From Asterionella formosa (taxonomy: Eukaryota), in NCBI GenBank assembly GCA_002256025.1, contig NKIB01012997.1, positions 1-64,000 of the forward strand: 64,000 bases of DNA. Direction: 5' to 3'. Below the pieces are notes generated by a model. The model had not been told where the DNA came from, searched no databases, and saw only the letters and a program-made list of their open reading frames with translations. Below, piece after piece: positions 37,252-49,015 of the stretch. Position 1 is the first letter of the stretch; each line of letters opens with the position of its first letter. Position numbers and translations under genes: made by a program.

Positions 37252-37817
37252 TAAGGAATAGGCTATTAGCAAGTAGCTACTCCGGCAACAAGGGGAGCAG
37301 CAATGTGTAAGGAGTGACTTTCTTCCTGGGTTTTGCAAGTTAGTACCTGGACACCCCAGAAGTTTTTCTTCAGAACAACTGCGCATAGCGGAGCTAGCTA
37401 AAAGGGGACTCTGAAGTGACGACGAAGTTTTAGCTATTGTCCTTCTAGTCCTGTTGACTGCGACATAATCTAAAACTCCTGACTAGCTAGTCGCCATGTT
37501 TGCTTTCCTATGTACATCCATATCAAATTTACTTTTGCTTAGCGGCCTGCTTTTTTGCATGCCCACCTCTCTGGTGCGTTCTTCACCAGGGAAATCTTAT
37601 AAAACGGAAGCATCTGGAAGCATCTGTTCAATGTAGGCCAACCCTTATTTTAATGGCCAACCTCCAAGGCCTCAACACTTTTACATTCCTTTCACCCAAG
37701 CGTACCTGCCTTAAATTCATTACGCTCCTAGCTTCTCTTATTCATCCCTTCATCCATCCTGCATATCAGCATAAGATAGCTTAATGTTCCCTGCTCGTAG
37801 GCTCCGATCTCTACATA

Positions 37818-38531
37818 TCACTTGATTTTGAAAAAGCAGACTACTGGATCCTTTGTGAATGGACTTGTCTCTGTCACAAATTTTTCCCATGCTTTAAAAT
37901 GAGGAGCAGATTGATGTGAATGAAATCCTTCCCTTCCATTGTCAGCGCCAGTATACTGCTCGTGGAAGTAGAAGTGGTTTGGCGTATCGAGGGACTCTCC
38001 CCAGTCATATTGCAAGCAAAGGGGTTCGTCGTCTGTACTCCCCTTCTGATTATTTAAGATCACTTCCAAGAACTTGTCGCGAACTTCTGGCTTAATGCAA
38101 AGCTCCACATTGAGGCAAAATGCTGGTCGCATTGGCACCTTAATCCCCTCATGGTTGCATTGGAAGAGTTCCACGACTGGTGGTCTGACGAATGGATCTG
38201 TGGCACAGAAATCGTTCCACTCTTGATAATGAGGCGTACCTTTGTGAACATCAATGTCGCTTGCAGTCTTGTACTGCTCGTGAAAGTAGAATACGTTTTC
38301 AGTTTCTATATCCTCGCCAAACGCAAACTGGAGTGCACCTGGCTCGATGGACATCGTTTGTTCCGCATCCCTCGTAATTACCTCTAAGAATTCGTTTCGT
38401 CGGTCTGGTTTTAACGAGACCTTCACGTTGATGGCGACGGGACCGGTGAACATGAGTGCGCGACAATTAGTAACGACGATGCAGAGAAAGAGGAGGGGAG
38501 AAATGGCGCGGCTTGTTGGCGGAGCTGTCAT
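37818..38531 (-). CDS. Tandem ABM (antibiotic biosynthesis monooxygenase; LsrG/YgiN-like) domain protein with N-terminal signal
   Basis: Two repeats of (V/L).(L/I)KP..R..FLEVI...EP..LQ...GE...N.FYFHEQY...H...PH(Y/F)..W; hydrophobic N-terminus. Confidence 0.85.
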   Translation of the reverse strand: MTAPPTSRAISPLLFLCIVVTNCRALMFTGPVAINVKVSLKPDRRNEFLEVITRDAEQTMSIEPGALQFAFGEDIETENVFYFHEQYKTASDIDVHKGTPHYQEWNDFCATDPFVRPPVVELFQCNHEGIKVPMRPAFCLNVELCIKPEVRDKFLEVILNNQKGSTDDEPLCLQYDWGESLDTPNHFYFHEQYTGADNGREGFHSHQSAPHFKAWEKFVTETSPFTKDPVVCFFKIK

Positions 38532-39199
38532 ATCGCCTCAACTGAAAATCTTGTGAGCCTGATTTATCCAGGCACCTACCGGTGCTTGTAGGTAAACAAC
38601 CCCTATGAACTACCGGTACCCGTGCCTGTAACGTAGTCTAAAAAATTAAAATGGTGCTATGTAAGCTACCACGAATAGTTTACTCGCAATTCCAGTACCA
38701 GGTACAGTTCTCAAAGCTAGCGACAATACCGGTACTGGTAGCAGGTACCATTGCGCCTATTGTCTGGTCCTGGTAACGGGTACCAGGGTACCGTAACAGG
38801 GTACGTATATGCGGGGAATAGACTATTGTATATATTAGAGTACTTAATATGGAGTCACCACGAGTTCATATATTTTTGCACTATATTACAGTAAATAGAG
38901 GACCAGCCCTGCATTTTCTAGTCTTTTTAGCAAAGTTAAAAACCCTAAGTTCCTTTCTGCAGTCGCTTGCCAGGTCCAATATCCTGATGTTATATACAGT
39001 TGACAATATCCATACTTTGACCAATTGATGTTGAAGTCTCTAAGCATATATGGAAAGGGTCATGTCCAATGGTGAAAAGTGTGTGTTTGATCACTACACA
39101 CTATGAATGAATGTTATATTTTAAACCCTAGTTCGGGCTATGGTTTCTAATGCAGAAACCTGAATTAAATTACAGGAGGTACATGACATTATTTGGTAG

Positions 39200-41450
39200 A
39201 GTACTGGTACCAGACGCTTCTTCTTAATCAAGGCAGGAAAATGCGGAGTTTTGTCTCCCCAACAATAGTACTAGCTAACAAGAAAAGAGGATGCTCATGC
39301 ACACCGTGCATATCATATGTTTTTTGATCCTGTAAATCACATGTTTGCATGGACGCACTTACATCTATTATATTCAAACAACACACCTGGAGTTTATGTA
39401 TTAACCAGTCATGACTCCATGCCCTGTCCAAAGTGGAGGAGAACAAAAGGGCATGTTTGCGTCCCTCCTCGTAAAGCACTCATACTCGCTGTACATACTT
39501 TATCTCATTCCTCGATGTTATGGGGACATCGAACCACATGGTTAAAGTCTTCGTTAAATCGGCCGCAATGTGGGCATCTGCCATTTATTTTTGGTTCATA
39601 CTTTTTTCTCCTTTTCATTGTGGCTAAGAAGTCGAATTCAAGCTTTAATGTAGTGATTTTTTGGAAAGGTCCTAGTTTCAGGCTAGCGCGCTGACAAGCT
39701 GGCCAATCCACCACCCATGTCGTAAATTTCTTTGGTTTCCCAACCCGTTTTCTGTATGATGTACTTTTGTTGAAATTGCGTCCCAAAACCCCTCTATTGC
39801 TTTCTTGTATCCTGTAATGACACGTCAGGGACCAAATAGGCTGTAGATATGAACAACGATGTTGCAGTAATCGATTGTAATCGTTCCTAAGAGTTTTAGT
39901 AGAATTATGGGTTTTACTGGTGATGTAGATTGTTTTCGAATTCTGAGTTTTCTCTGGTACTATATTCTTTTTGATTCATTCGATTCAATATGTAGTAGGT
40001 GATTTATACCGGGATTTTCTTTCCTAAAATAATTTCTCCAACACTTTTGGGCTTCTTCGCGATAGCTCGCTTCCCGCAGGGCTGTGGGGAGGTGGCTTGT
40101 GACCCACATCTCCTCCAAGCACAGAGTGGTTCCATGACCAGGTGGAAGAATATATGTTGCAATTGTGGATTGATTGCACAAGTTGAACCTGGGTGCTTTT
40201 CCCGCAAGGGAATCGACATCACAATTCAGCTCTGCCTCCCATGGGAGATGTTGGTACTCCACATTATCATCTTGATGGGAATTGAGGTGATGAGGAACTA
40301 TGGTGATTCCGTGCTTTGCTGCGATGCCCATGGCAGCTTGAAAGATATCATATTAGAGGAGCTAAAGTTGCAGCTGGACCCCGGTGTGTCCAGCTGTGAA
40401 TCCGTGCAATGAGAGCTTGATTGTCTAGGTAAACTGCCACATGGAGGGGTGGTTTGGCACTTTAGCGTGTGGTCTGGGTGGACAGCAGAACATCTACTGC
40501 TACCATTCCGCCTGCTACCATTCCGCCTGCTAAGAAACCACCGAATTCGAGTCGGAGCGACGAGAGAGGGCTGCCTCCCCCACAGACTTTGCTGTGTCTG
40601 CAGGCATATGTCTTGGTTCTACGGTGGAAAAATTTTCAACCCTGGGAGGCCTCTTTTGGGTTGCATGGTGGAACCATCAGATGCCAACACTACTTGGCTG
40701 GCTGCCAGGCTCATGGTGAATGCCTGTATGTCTGGGGTAGGGTGTATTCTCCCAAAGCATGCCATAATGCTGGGTGTAGTGTTTTCACGTACTCCATAAG
40801 ACCTGGGGAACCTGTGATTGTTAGGGGCCTGTTCATAGTGGAGCGGGTGTGGGGAGGAATACCCAAGATTTCGATGATGTTGGATGTTCAAGAAGTTATC
40901 ATGGTGACCAGTAAGAGTTGAGGAGGGCAAACAAATTCGACTTCGTACGTGGTGTAAAAATTGCAGAGAGTGTTGCCTTGTCTATATATCTTGAAGAGTC
41001 CCCCTGCCATTATATCTTCAACTGGCTAGGCGATGGTGTAGAACGTCCAGGTGATACTGCCATTATGGATGAATGAGAGGGTGAGCCATGGCCTCAGAGG
41101 GAAGTATAGACGGCCAGTTGTCTAATGGCAAATTGTCGAACTCAGTGTTTTTCTCCATAAAGACCATGCAGCAGGAGACGGGTTAAACTGTGTTGGAGAA
41201 CAGTATGAAATTATCCTATTGGTGTGTCGTCTACCCCGCAAAATGTTAGGTAAATGTATTTACCTGTCGCATCTGTGATGTCTGGCACCATGAGGACCCT
41301 AAAGAAAATTCTACTTGCATTAAGTCTCTTGAGATGTTTGGGAGGAAGTTGCAATGAGGGCTGAGTCCAAACTTCCATAAGGCGATTGTCGCCCCTTTGA
41401 GGCTCTTTAATCCAGGGATCCTAGAGGATGATGCTGCCATTTTGAGAGGA
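39200..41450 (-). mobile_element. Decayed non-LTR retrotransposon 3' part (RNase H plus CCHC finger), resembling diatom Ambal-type LINEs
   Basis: VVLASDGS; HLNSHQDD...LPWEAELNCDVDSLA (RNase H end); CPHCGRFNEDFNHVVRC zinc knuckle; many stops and frameshifts. Confidence 0.75.
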
Positions 41451-43030
41451 GATGAATGTCCAAACGCTTGTTATCCATTGCTGGTAGAGTACTGGTAGTA
41501 TCTTTATATCGGTATTCATAATGGTATAGTCTCTATAGCCGAGCGAGTCTGTAGATGTATGTATTAAAATATTCAGTGACACGACACCTTATCAGTTCAG
41601 ACAACATTGTTATTGTTTTCTTAATTATTATTGTACCTAGTACTTTATTGAATCTAGGAACCATCATACAATTGTACTTTCTGATTTTAATGAACTTGCA
41701 CCTTCAATAATTCTTGTTGTTGTGTTCTATTTATGGATGCACACAAAGTTCAAGACCAGATTTGTTGCATTATTCTGAAATTTTATTGGAAGCATGATTT
41801 ATTTGTTGTAGCTAGGAATGTTCCATGTAGAGTTCTTGGTAGGAGTAACACCTCCCTTGATTGGCTCTGCCTGTAAGGATGATTTCTTCGTTCTAGGAAT
41901 GTTTCATGTAGAGTTGGTAGAAGTACCTCTTTGGAATGGTTCTACCTGTACATCAAACAAGTTGTCTACTAATAATACTAGGGGAAGCTTGAGAAATTGT
42001 GCTTGACATAAAAATAAGGAAAGCCATACTAGCGTGCATGCTTCAGATTGAATGCCTTCAATCTAGCTTGTTTGAGCGAATGAAAATATTCTAGGTTTTC
42101 AATGATGAGAGTGGGGACTTCAGTGACAGAGGAGGCGTCATTGATCACCGTGGAGGCCGAGGTGGAGAGAGCAGGAGTGGAGCCTGGCAGTGGAGGGGCA
42201 GGGTCTATTTCAATTGGAGCATCATTTTGAAGCATGCCATTCTTTGAATACCAAACTAGTCCATTAGGAAAAGGAAAGTATTACAACTTCATTTTACTGT
42301 AAAAAAATTCATGCAATAGGTGACACTACACAAAGTGCACATTCACTTTATACACTGGTAGACTCTGAATGGTGCACAATAAAACTAGATGAGGTGATTG
42401 CTACTGCATAATATTATTGGTCAGCACAACAATAATGTAAAGATTTATTGGAAAAAATTTTTGATGCAACATTTCGTTTCTATAAGAATAAGCAAATCTT
42501 ATAACTCTTTCCATATACGACCAATACCTGATGATGTTGACTTACCCATTTTATTGGAGCGAGCCGAGGATAATAGTATAAAATAAGGTAATATCAATAT
42601 CTCTTTCATGAATCAAGTACCAACATCAAGAAGATTTCACCATACTATTTTATATCAAAACCACACAGTTGAGTGCTGATGCTTGGTTTCCACTACTGAT
42701 TTGCCTATAATCCCATCAATACACCAACGATACATGATGTTGAAGGACACACTTCCTCATTGGAAGATATTATAGAATGAGGTTCTATCAATATCTCATT
42801 TATGAAACAAGTGTATCACTATTAGTCATCATCATCATTATCATCATCATCACGAAAGGATATGGTTGCAGACATCGAGGACACGCAGCAGTGTGAACCT
42901 TGAATTGATAAATGACGTAGTAACCTTGTATTTGAACTAATCACCTTCTATTGGATGATTATTTTAGCAAGAAAAAGATTTTCATTTATATATTATTAAT
43001 TTTTAATTAATATTATATTATGAATTTAGA

Positions 43031-43090
43031 AGGGAATGGCTTAGTGGTTTAGCACGTTGCCTTTGATCTAAGGTTGTGAGTTTCGCCATT
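43031..43090 (+). mobile_element. Diverged third tRNA-like SINE head
   Basis: GGGAATGGCTTAGTGGTTTAGCAC matches the 5' end of the other two copies; B box degenerate. Confidence 0.5.
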
Positions 43091-43109
43091 TCGACAAAGT
43101 TGATGACTT

Positions 43110-43520
43110 CGTTCATGAGTAAGGAATGATGGAATGCATTGGACGGAAAGTTGGAGTGGAAGTTATCCTAACTCCAAAATGCCATGGAGAACTTGCAGGC
43201 AAAGGAGTAGAATACATATGGAACTGCTCCAAGAACCACTATCGAAATCTATCCCTGAAAGAAAAGAAAGGGAAAGGTAAGTTTAAAGAAACAGTTAGAA
43301 CTTGTTTGTCAGTAGATGTGATTAAATTGTTGCAAATAAGAAGATTCGCAAAATGAGCAAGGCAATATTTGATTGCTTACCATGTAATTGATATTGGTCA
43401 AGTCAATACAATAAACTCACAAAGCGACGTACATGGACCTGGTGTTGCAGTTCAAAAGTTGTTGGACAAGTTCAGGACTCATCGCTGTGCAATGGACTTT
43501 GATTTTAAGTTTGTAATCAG
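43110..43520 (+). mobile_element. Tc1/mariner/IS630-superfamily transposase C-terminal fragment
   Basis: GVEVILTPKCHGELAGKGVEYIWNCSKNHYR resembles the (S/T)P..PEL..IE..W motif around the third catalytic residue; later FRTHRCAMDFD after a stop. Confidence 0.7.
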
Positions 43521-44050
43521 CATCGACAATGACAATGATAGATCATGAACATGGAAAGAAAAATATCGAACATGATGAATCTACTTTTATGTACCCAAAA
43601 CTAATATTTGGCATCGCAAAATTAACAAAACACTACAAGGCCAAGGTACAAACAGCTACGCAATGCACTTTTGGGATGCACCCAGCCATATCTACCTTGA
43701 ATTGGACACAGACTGGTTGGGATTCGAATCCACCTTTTTGGGAATTGCATTACATTTGTTTCGCCAATCCAAGGTGAACCGTGTATTGGATTATTGTTTC
43801 TCCTTGTAATTGACGAAATTACCTTGTATTGGGAAAATAAATTATCAAATGACCGACAATACAAAGTATGCCTTTCATTGGACGGCGAAACCAGTTGAAA
43901 ACGTACCAAAGATTGCAAATACAGGGTACTTATTTTTACTTTCTTTTCCTATTTAATCACTCAAAGCGATCCTCGACTCATAGGATTCCATGTATTTATC
44001 GGAATTTATGTGTGACATCCAATATTCATTCTATTCGTGTTACATGTAAA

Positions 44051-44404
44051 ATGGTCATGTCTAAGACACCTGGATCCGCTCATTTGAACTTGAGCCTCGG
44101 TGCCTTATGCATTCTTGGTGGTGCCATGGGCTACGTCCGAAAGGGTTCAAGTGCAAGCCTTATTGGGGGCCTGGCCTTTGGTTCCCTGTTGGTTGGATCT
44201 GGCATGATGATTGCAGGCGAGTCACAGTGTCAAGGCCACATGTTGGCGACGGGAACTTCCGGCATTATGGCTGCAGGCATGGGCTACCGCTTCTTCCAGA
44301 CAGGCAAGTTCATGCCATCTGGCTTGCTGGCAGCCTTGGGTGCCGTCTGCTGTGCCTACAACATGAATAAGGGCCTGGAATGGGCTCCGAGCAAAGGAGA
44401 TTGA
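44051..44404 (+). CDS. TMEM14: TMEM14/FAX-family small membrane protein
   Basis: GGAMGYVRKGSSASLIGG...MGYRFFQTGKFMPSGL signature. Confidence 0.9.
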   Translation: MVMSKTPGSAHLNLSLGALCILGGAMGYVRKGSSASLIGGLAFGSLLVGSGMMIAGESQCQGHMLATGTSGIMAAGMGYRFFQTGKFMPSGLLAALGAVCCAYNMNKGLEWAPSKGD

Positions 44405-44665
44405 TTCAATGGCAAAGCATGGATGAGCGTGTATTGCATCCAATGCAGTGATTCAAAGGTGCGACATTCCTTTTTAAACGAATTGTAATGATTTAGTTTG
44501 ACGCAAAGTGGAATTGGTATTCGAAAGCTGAATTTATGACCCATGCGAGCAGTTAGAATTATTTTTGCGAACTACAAACGTGTATTATCGAGAAATTATC
44601 ATCTAAAATATTATATTGTATTTACCAAAACTATCATGTAATTCTCACATAACACACGTGGTCAT

Positions 44666-45802
44666 TCAAGATGGAGGGAACCGCTCATTCAACATGGAGC
44701 AAATTAGACTTGCTGTCTCCTCAACAGCTCGACCAGTCACGTCGATCTCAGTGAAATTATGTTTTGCAGCAAGTTGTTTGGCACTCCGAAGATCCCTCAT
44801 CAAATAATCCCTGTCAGCATAGGTGGAGGGTTGACCGAATTTCTGCAATTCTCGTTCTAATCGACTCTTTCTGATTCTCTGTAGATCGGCGGGATGAACA
44901 GTCAGACAAAAGACTCTTTTCGGATCAATTGTGTCGTAGAAGAGTTGAGCAGGGGGAGGAATATCCACCACCAGTGGTATGTTCGCAACCTTGAGTCCAA
45001 ACGACTGTGAGATAACGACACTCAAAGGAGTCTTTCCTGTCCTACTAACCCCCAGCAAGATCACATCAGCTTCCGACAAGAGCCACGGCGCCATGCCATC
45101 GTCAGCCTTCAGGGTAAACTCGACGGCTTCAATTCGTCGGAAGTAGGTGTCACTTAGAGCACGACGCCGACGTGGTGATGACAAATCTGAAGCACCCATT
45201 GTCGAAACTCCCAATGGAGCTCGTTGAAAGAATCCTGACATAACTGCGAACATGGGACCTAGCAGATTCACATAAAGAACGTTGGCAAGCTCGCACATTC
45301 GCGCCGTTGTTTCTCGAACCTCAGGGTCCGCAAACGTGTAAACGACCATAGCATCCTGATCTGCTGCTTGTTTAATAATCATAGCAATCTCTGATTCATT
45401 CCTAACAAAAGGAAATATTTTGGTCCTCAACATTTCGCAATCATCGCCATCCTCGCTGGCAACATTTAAGAATCGATCATCGCATCCGTTGAACTGTGCC
45501 AAACTCTTTTCAACTGCGGATTTAGCTGTTACCCCTGTGGTGTCTGACATTATTACAATGGTTTTGGGCTTGGCACGCGTCACCTGATTTCCAAGGGTTC
45601 CTCGAAGCATTTGGATAATATCGTCGTCAGATTCACTGTTGTCGGTGGCTTGCAAAATAAAACTTGGCAATTTAGAAGGAAGAATTTGTCCATGCGGAGA
45701 AAAGTGAAAAACAGTGAATGCTGACAAATAAGTTGGCAGAGATAAGCAGGAAAGCAGCAACCATGTGTGCAGATAGATGGATGATAGGAACGAGATACGC
45801 AT
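44666..45802 (-). CDS. PDRP: Pyruvate,phosphate dikinase regulatory protein (PDRP/PSRP, DUF299 kinase-pyrophosphorylase), plastid-targeted
   Basis: SDTTGVTA, YFRRIEAVEFTLKADDG, ADVILLGVSRTGKTPLS, KVANIPLV, IDVTGRAVEETA; signal peptide followed by LSA-F. Confidence 0.93.
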   Translation of the reverse strand: MRISFLSSIYLHTWLLLSCLSLPTYLSAFTVFHFSPHGQILPSKLPSFILQATDNSESDDDIIQMLRGTLGNQVTRAKPKTIVIMSDTTGVTAKSAVEKSLAQFNGCDDRFLNVASEDGDDCEMLRTKIFPFVRNESEIAMIIKQAADQDAMVVYTFADPEVRETTARMCELANVLYVNLLGPMFAVMSGFFQRAPLGVSTMGASDLSSPRRRRALSDTYFRRIEAVEFTLKADDGMAPWLLSEADVILLGVSRTGKTPLSVVISQSFGLKVANIPLVVDIPPPAQLFYDTIDPKRVFCLTVHPADLQRIRKSRLERELQKFGQPSTYADRDYLMRDLRSAKQLAAKHNFTEIDVTGRAVEETASLICSMLNERFPPS

Positions 45803-46095
45803 ACTATTTCAGTTGTTTCAGTGATTATTCTGATGAAAGAAATGTGATTGTGAAGATCATTTTTAAGGATCACTTTTGATCATGATACCAGAACAAGAAA
45901 TATTCTGTCCTTGCTTTGAACGATATGTACCAGGTAACGGTGCCGGAATACATCAACTGCATGCTTTTATTTAGCCTCTAGACCACCGCTACAACATAAA
46001 TGAAATACATAAATGATATATAATATATCCTAAACGTGACTATATTATGTAGTATGTAAATCAATGAAAATTATTTTACTGGTCGTAGCTATACA

Positions 46096-48640
46096 GGGGC
46101 GATCTTAACAGAGGTACAAATAATTTATTATTTTTTTATAAAATTTTGTCTTCAGAAAAAATGAATCTTTACAGAGAAACATTTCACAAGTAAATCTCAG
46201 TAACGGCAAAACAGTTTGCTTTTTCTTCGTTTCTCTGCAAACATGTGCATCAGATTCCCGCTTCAATTATACAACCTGTCTGATGATCTTCATTACTCAA
46301 ATAACAATGACAAATTGACAAGAAGAAGCTGACAGTTGGGCTGTCATTGACAATCTTGATTTAGAACAGAAAATACAAGCGGAACAACAGCGCTTTCTGT
46401 TACCTGCAGCAGTTGCATTATCATTTTTGGAATCCTATGGACAAAACTCAAAGCCAGTGCAATCAGCAAAATGGGAGCATCAATGACTTGACTGGAATGA
46501 TCATGTCATAGAGCTTCTCCATGAGAATAGGTTTCATCGTAAATATTGCATGTCTCCAAGCTTTCAATCACTTACTGCAACTACTTCGACCTTCCATCAC
46601 AGTTGATGCTGTCAAATCAAATGCAAGTTCCGGTTTATACAGCACAAATCAGCATATTTATCCCAAGTTGATTCACGCCATCGGCCTTCACTGGCTTGCA
46701 GGCGGAAACCTTATGGACATATGTCATGTCTGTGGAGTTTCTTATCCATCTCTTTATGCAATCACTAAAACATTCCTTGATGCGGTGAACTCTTGGGCAG
46801 CATTATCAATAAAATTACCTAAAACAAACAAGGATAAACAAACAGTGATGAATGGATTCCTTGAAGAAACGAGCATCAACTATTTCATGGATGCATTGGT
46901 GCTGTAGAGGATGGATATTTACAGCCTATTGCTAAATCAAGAAAAAGGATTGTGATGGCTTCCCTCAAGCATATTGGTCTGGGCATTATATGTCATATGG
47001 ATTGAATGTTCAAGCTGTTTGCGACAGTAATTATTGGTTTTTATACTTTGGTGTTGTGGCACCAGGAAAATGTCCAGATCAGAAGGCATTTGAAAGAACA
47101 AAACTTTTTCAGATTGTATCCAAACTTTGTCCAGGACAATACAAAGTAGATGATGCTGATTACACATTGACTGATCAAGTCCTCTGTCCCTTTGTTGGAA
47201 ATCAAAGGGAATCAACAAACAAAGATGTATACAACTTTTTACTTTCGCAACTATGCATTAGAATTGAGATGACATTTGGGTTGGTGGATCCTGATGACAT
47301 CCTTGTCCTTCAGCCTGAAGAAATCAGTTGCTATTCTTTCTGCTTGAAGCGTACACAATTTTTGCCTACTCATGGATGATAATAGAAATAAGAAACTTGC
47401 TAATGGATTTGAATTTCTGACTAGTTTGGAGCTTGTTGATTCAATACCAAATGCCCCTCTTGAGTGGGCCTTATCTTCCAACTGTCAGGAAATTGGATGT
47501 AGTTCAAGGTCCTCAACAAATTCAGCAAATTATTCTTGATGTTGTCACCAACAATGGGTTTAGGTGGCCTCCAGCTAATATGTTGCGCCAACAACATGAA
47601 CTTACTGAAATATGATAAATGTAGCATACAAATAGTAACTGGAAGAAATTTGATTCAAAGGAGGTAGTAACAACCAAATTAGAAATATAATAGCTACCCT
47701 AATTATGATTAGTAGGTGCATCCTCACTGGTTTAAATGAGATCTACAAAATTCTTTGTCAGTGCATCCATGGCTTCAAAAGGCTTGGCTTCAACAAAATG
47801 CACTGACATTCTCTGATACTCTTTACCATCAAAATGTTGTGACACTTCATTGCTTGCTACTTCAGCCTGAGCTTCCTTAAACTTTTTTCGGTACATACTT
47901 ACAACCACCATTAGTATTTCCCTTTCTCGTTTAACAGCAAGAGTTGTTTGTGTTAATTCTGTGTTGGAACTTTGAGAGGCAAGCAAGTGCCATTTGTGTA
48001 TGGCGTTCATCTGCTTTTGAAAATTCTCTAAGAGATTTGACCACTTGTTTGAATATTTATCAAGCTCATTGCTGGCATATTTTCTCCCTTTTTCTTTGAA
48101 CAGGGAGCTTGGCAACTTTATCCTCTGCATGAAGAACATGACTTAGACTGTCCACAGCATGTGTAGGCATGGAAATGTGGCACCTGTTGAGGCCATAAAT
48201 GATAGTACAAACAGTAAGGCTGGGAAATGGTCAAAATTGTGGTGTTGACCAGCAGAAAATTTGCTATTATTGAAACAGATCTTGTAATGCGCATTTAGAA
48301 ATTCCATATTCTCTGACAATTGTTTGCTATCCAACTTATTCTTGCTTGGGAGGTCATCCACATTTCTTAATGATCTGGGACTTTTCAGAATCATTGTCTA
48401 ATAAAATATCGGCAGGGAATGGAAATGAAAAAGCCAATAATTGGGAAGAAGGTAATTTGGAATCTGTACTAGAATGATCATTGGCAATATTCTCTCTGGT
48501 GGCGGCAGAAAGTTGCTTTGATAGTAGACAAGGAGACTTCCTTGTTGACAGTTCAGGAGTAAATTGAGCTTCATTTCTTTTGCAGATACTGCTTCGGTTT
48601 TTTGAATGACCTTTTGTAGTACCCCATCATACTACTTGAA
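46096..48640 (+). mobile_element. Decayed PIF/Harbinger transposon: transposase pseudogene (~46480-47610, +) and remnants of a convergent second ORF (47732-48400, -)
   Basis: Left TIR GGGGCGATCTTAA; LHWLAGG..MDI; GCIGAV; GHYMSYGLNVQAVCD; GKCPD; DADY; YNFLLSQLCIRIEMTFGL (DDE_Tnp_4-type); right boundary not found. Confidence 0.82.
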
Positions 48641-49015
48641 AGAGACTTGGAAGAAGACAAACTCTGAACTTGATGGGATCTTGGGATTTCTGGGTGAGTA
48701 AGCAAGAGAAAATTCGAAAGCAAATGAATTCGTCCACCACTCCGTGCTCATCTTCAAAACCATCAATAAACGATGACAATTCAAATTAGGTGGAAGCGAA
48801 CAACGACGATATGACTGTCGAAATAGGAATGTCATCTGAAGCAGAAATCGATAGCCACGCAGCCTTAATGGTCTTGTCGCTTGACTCAAACTGCCTTAGA
48901 GGTCCCACCGCTTCACTCGAGCTGTTTGTCACCATGATAGAAACGTACATAACTAAATATATGGTAGAAAGAACAATACCGAATAATCTCTAGGGTGTAC
49001 AAGGGTATTAACTAA

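Noticed and set aside
43715..43740. B-box-like GATTCGAATCC
   Set aside because: No matching A box or cloverleaf found
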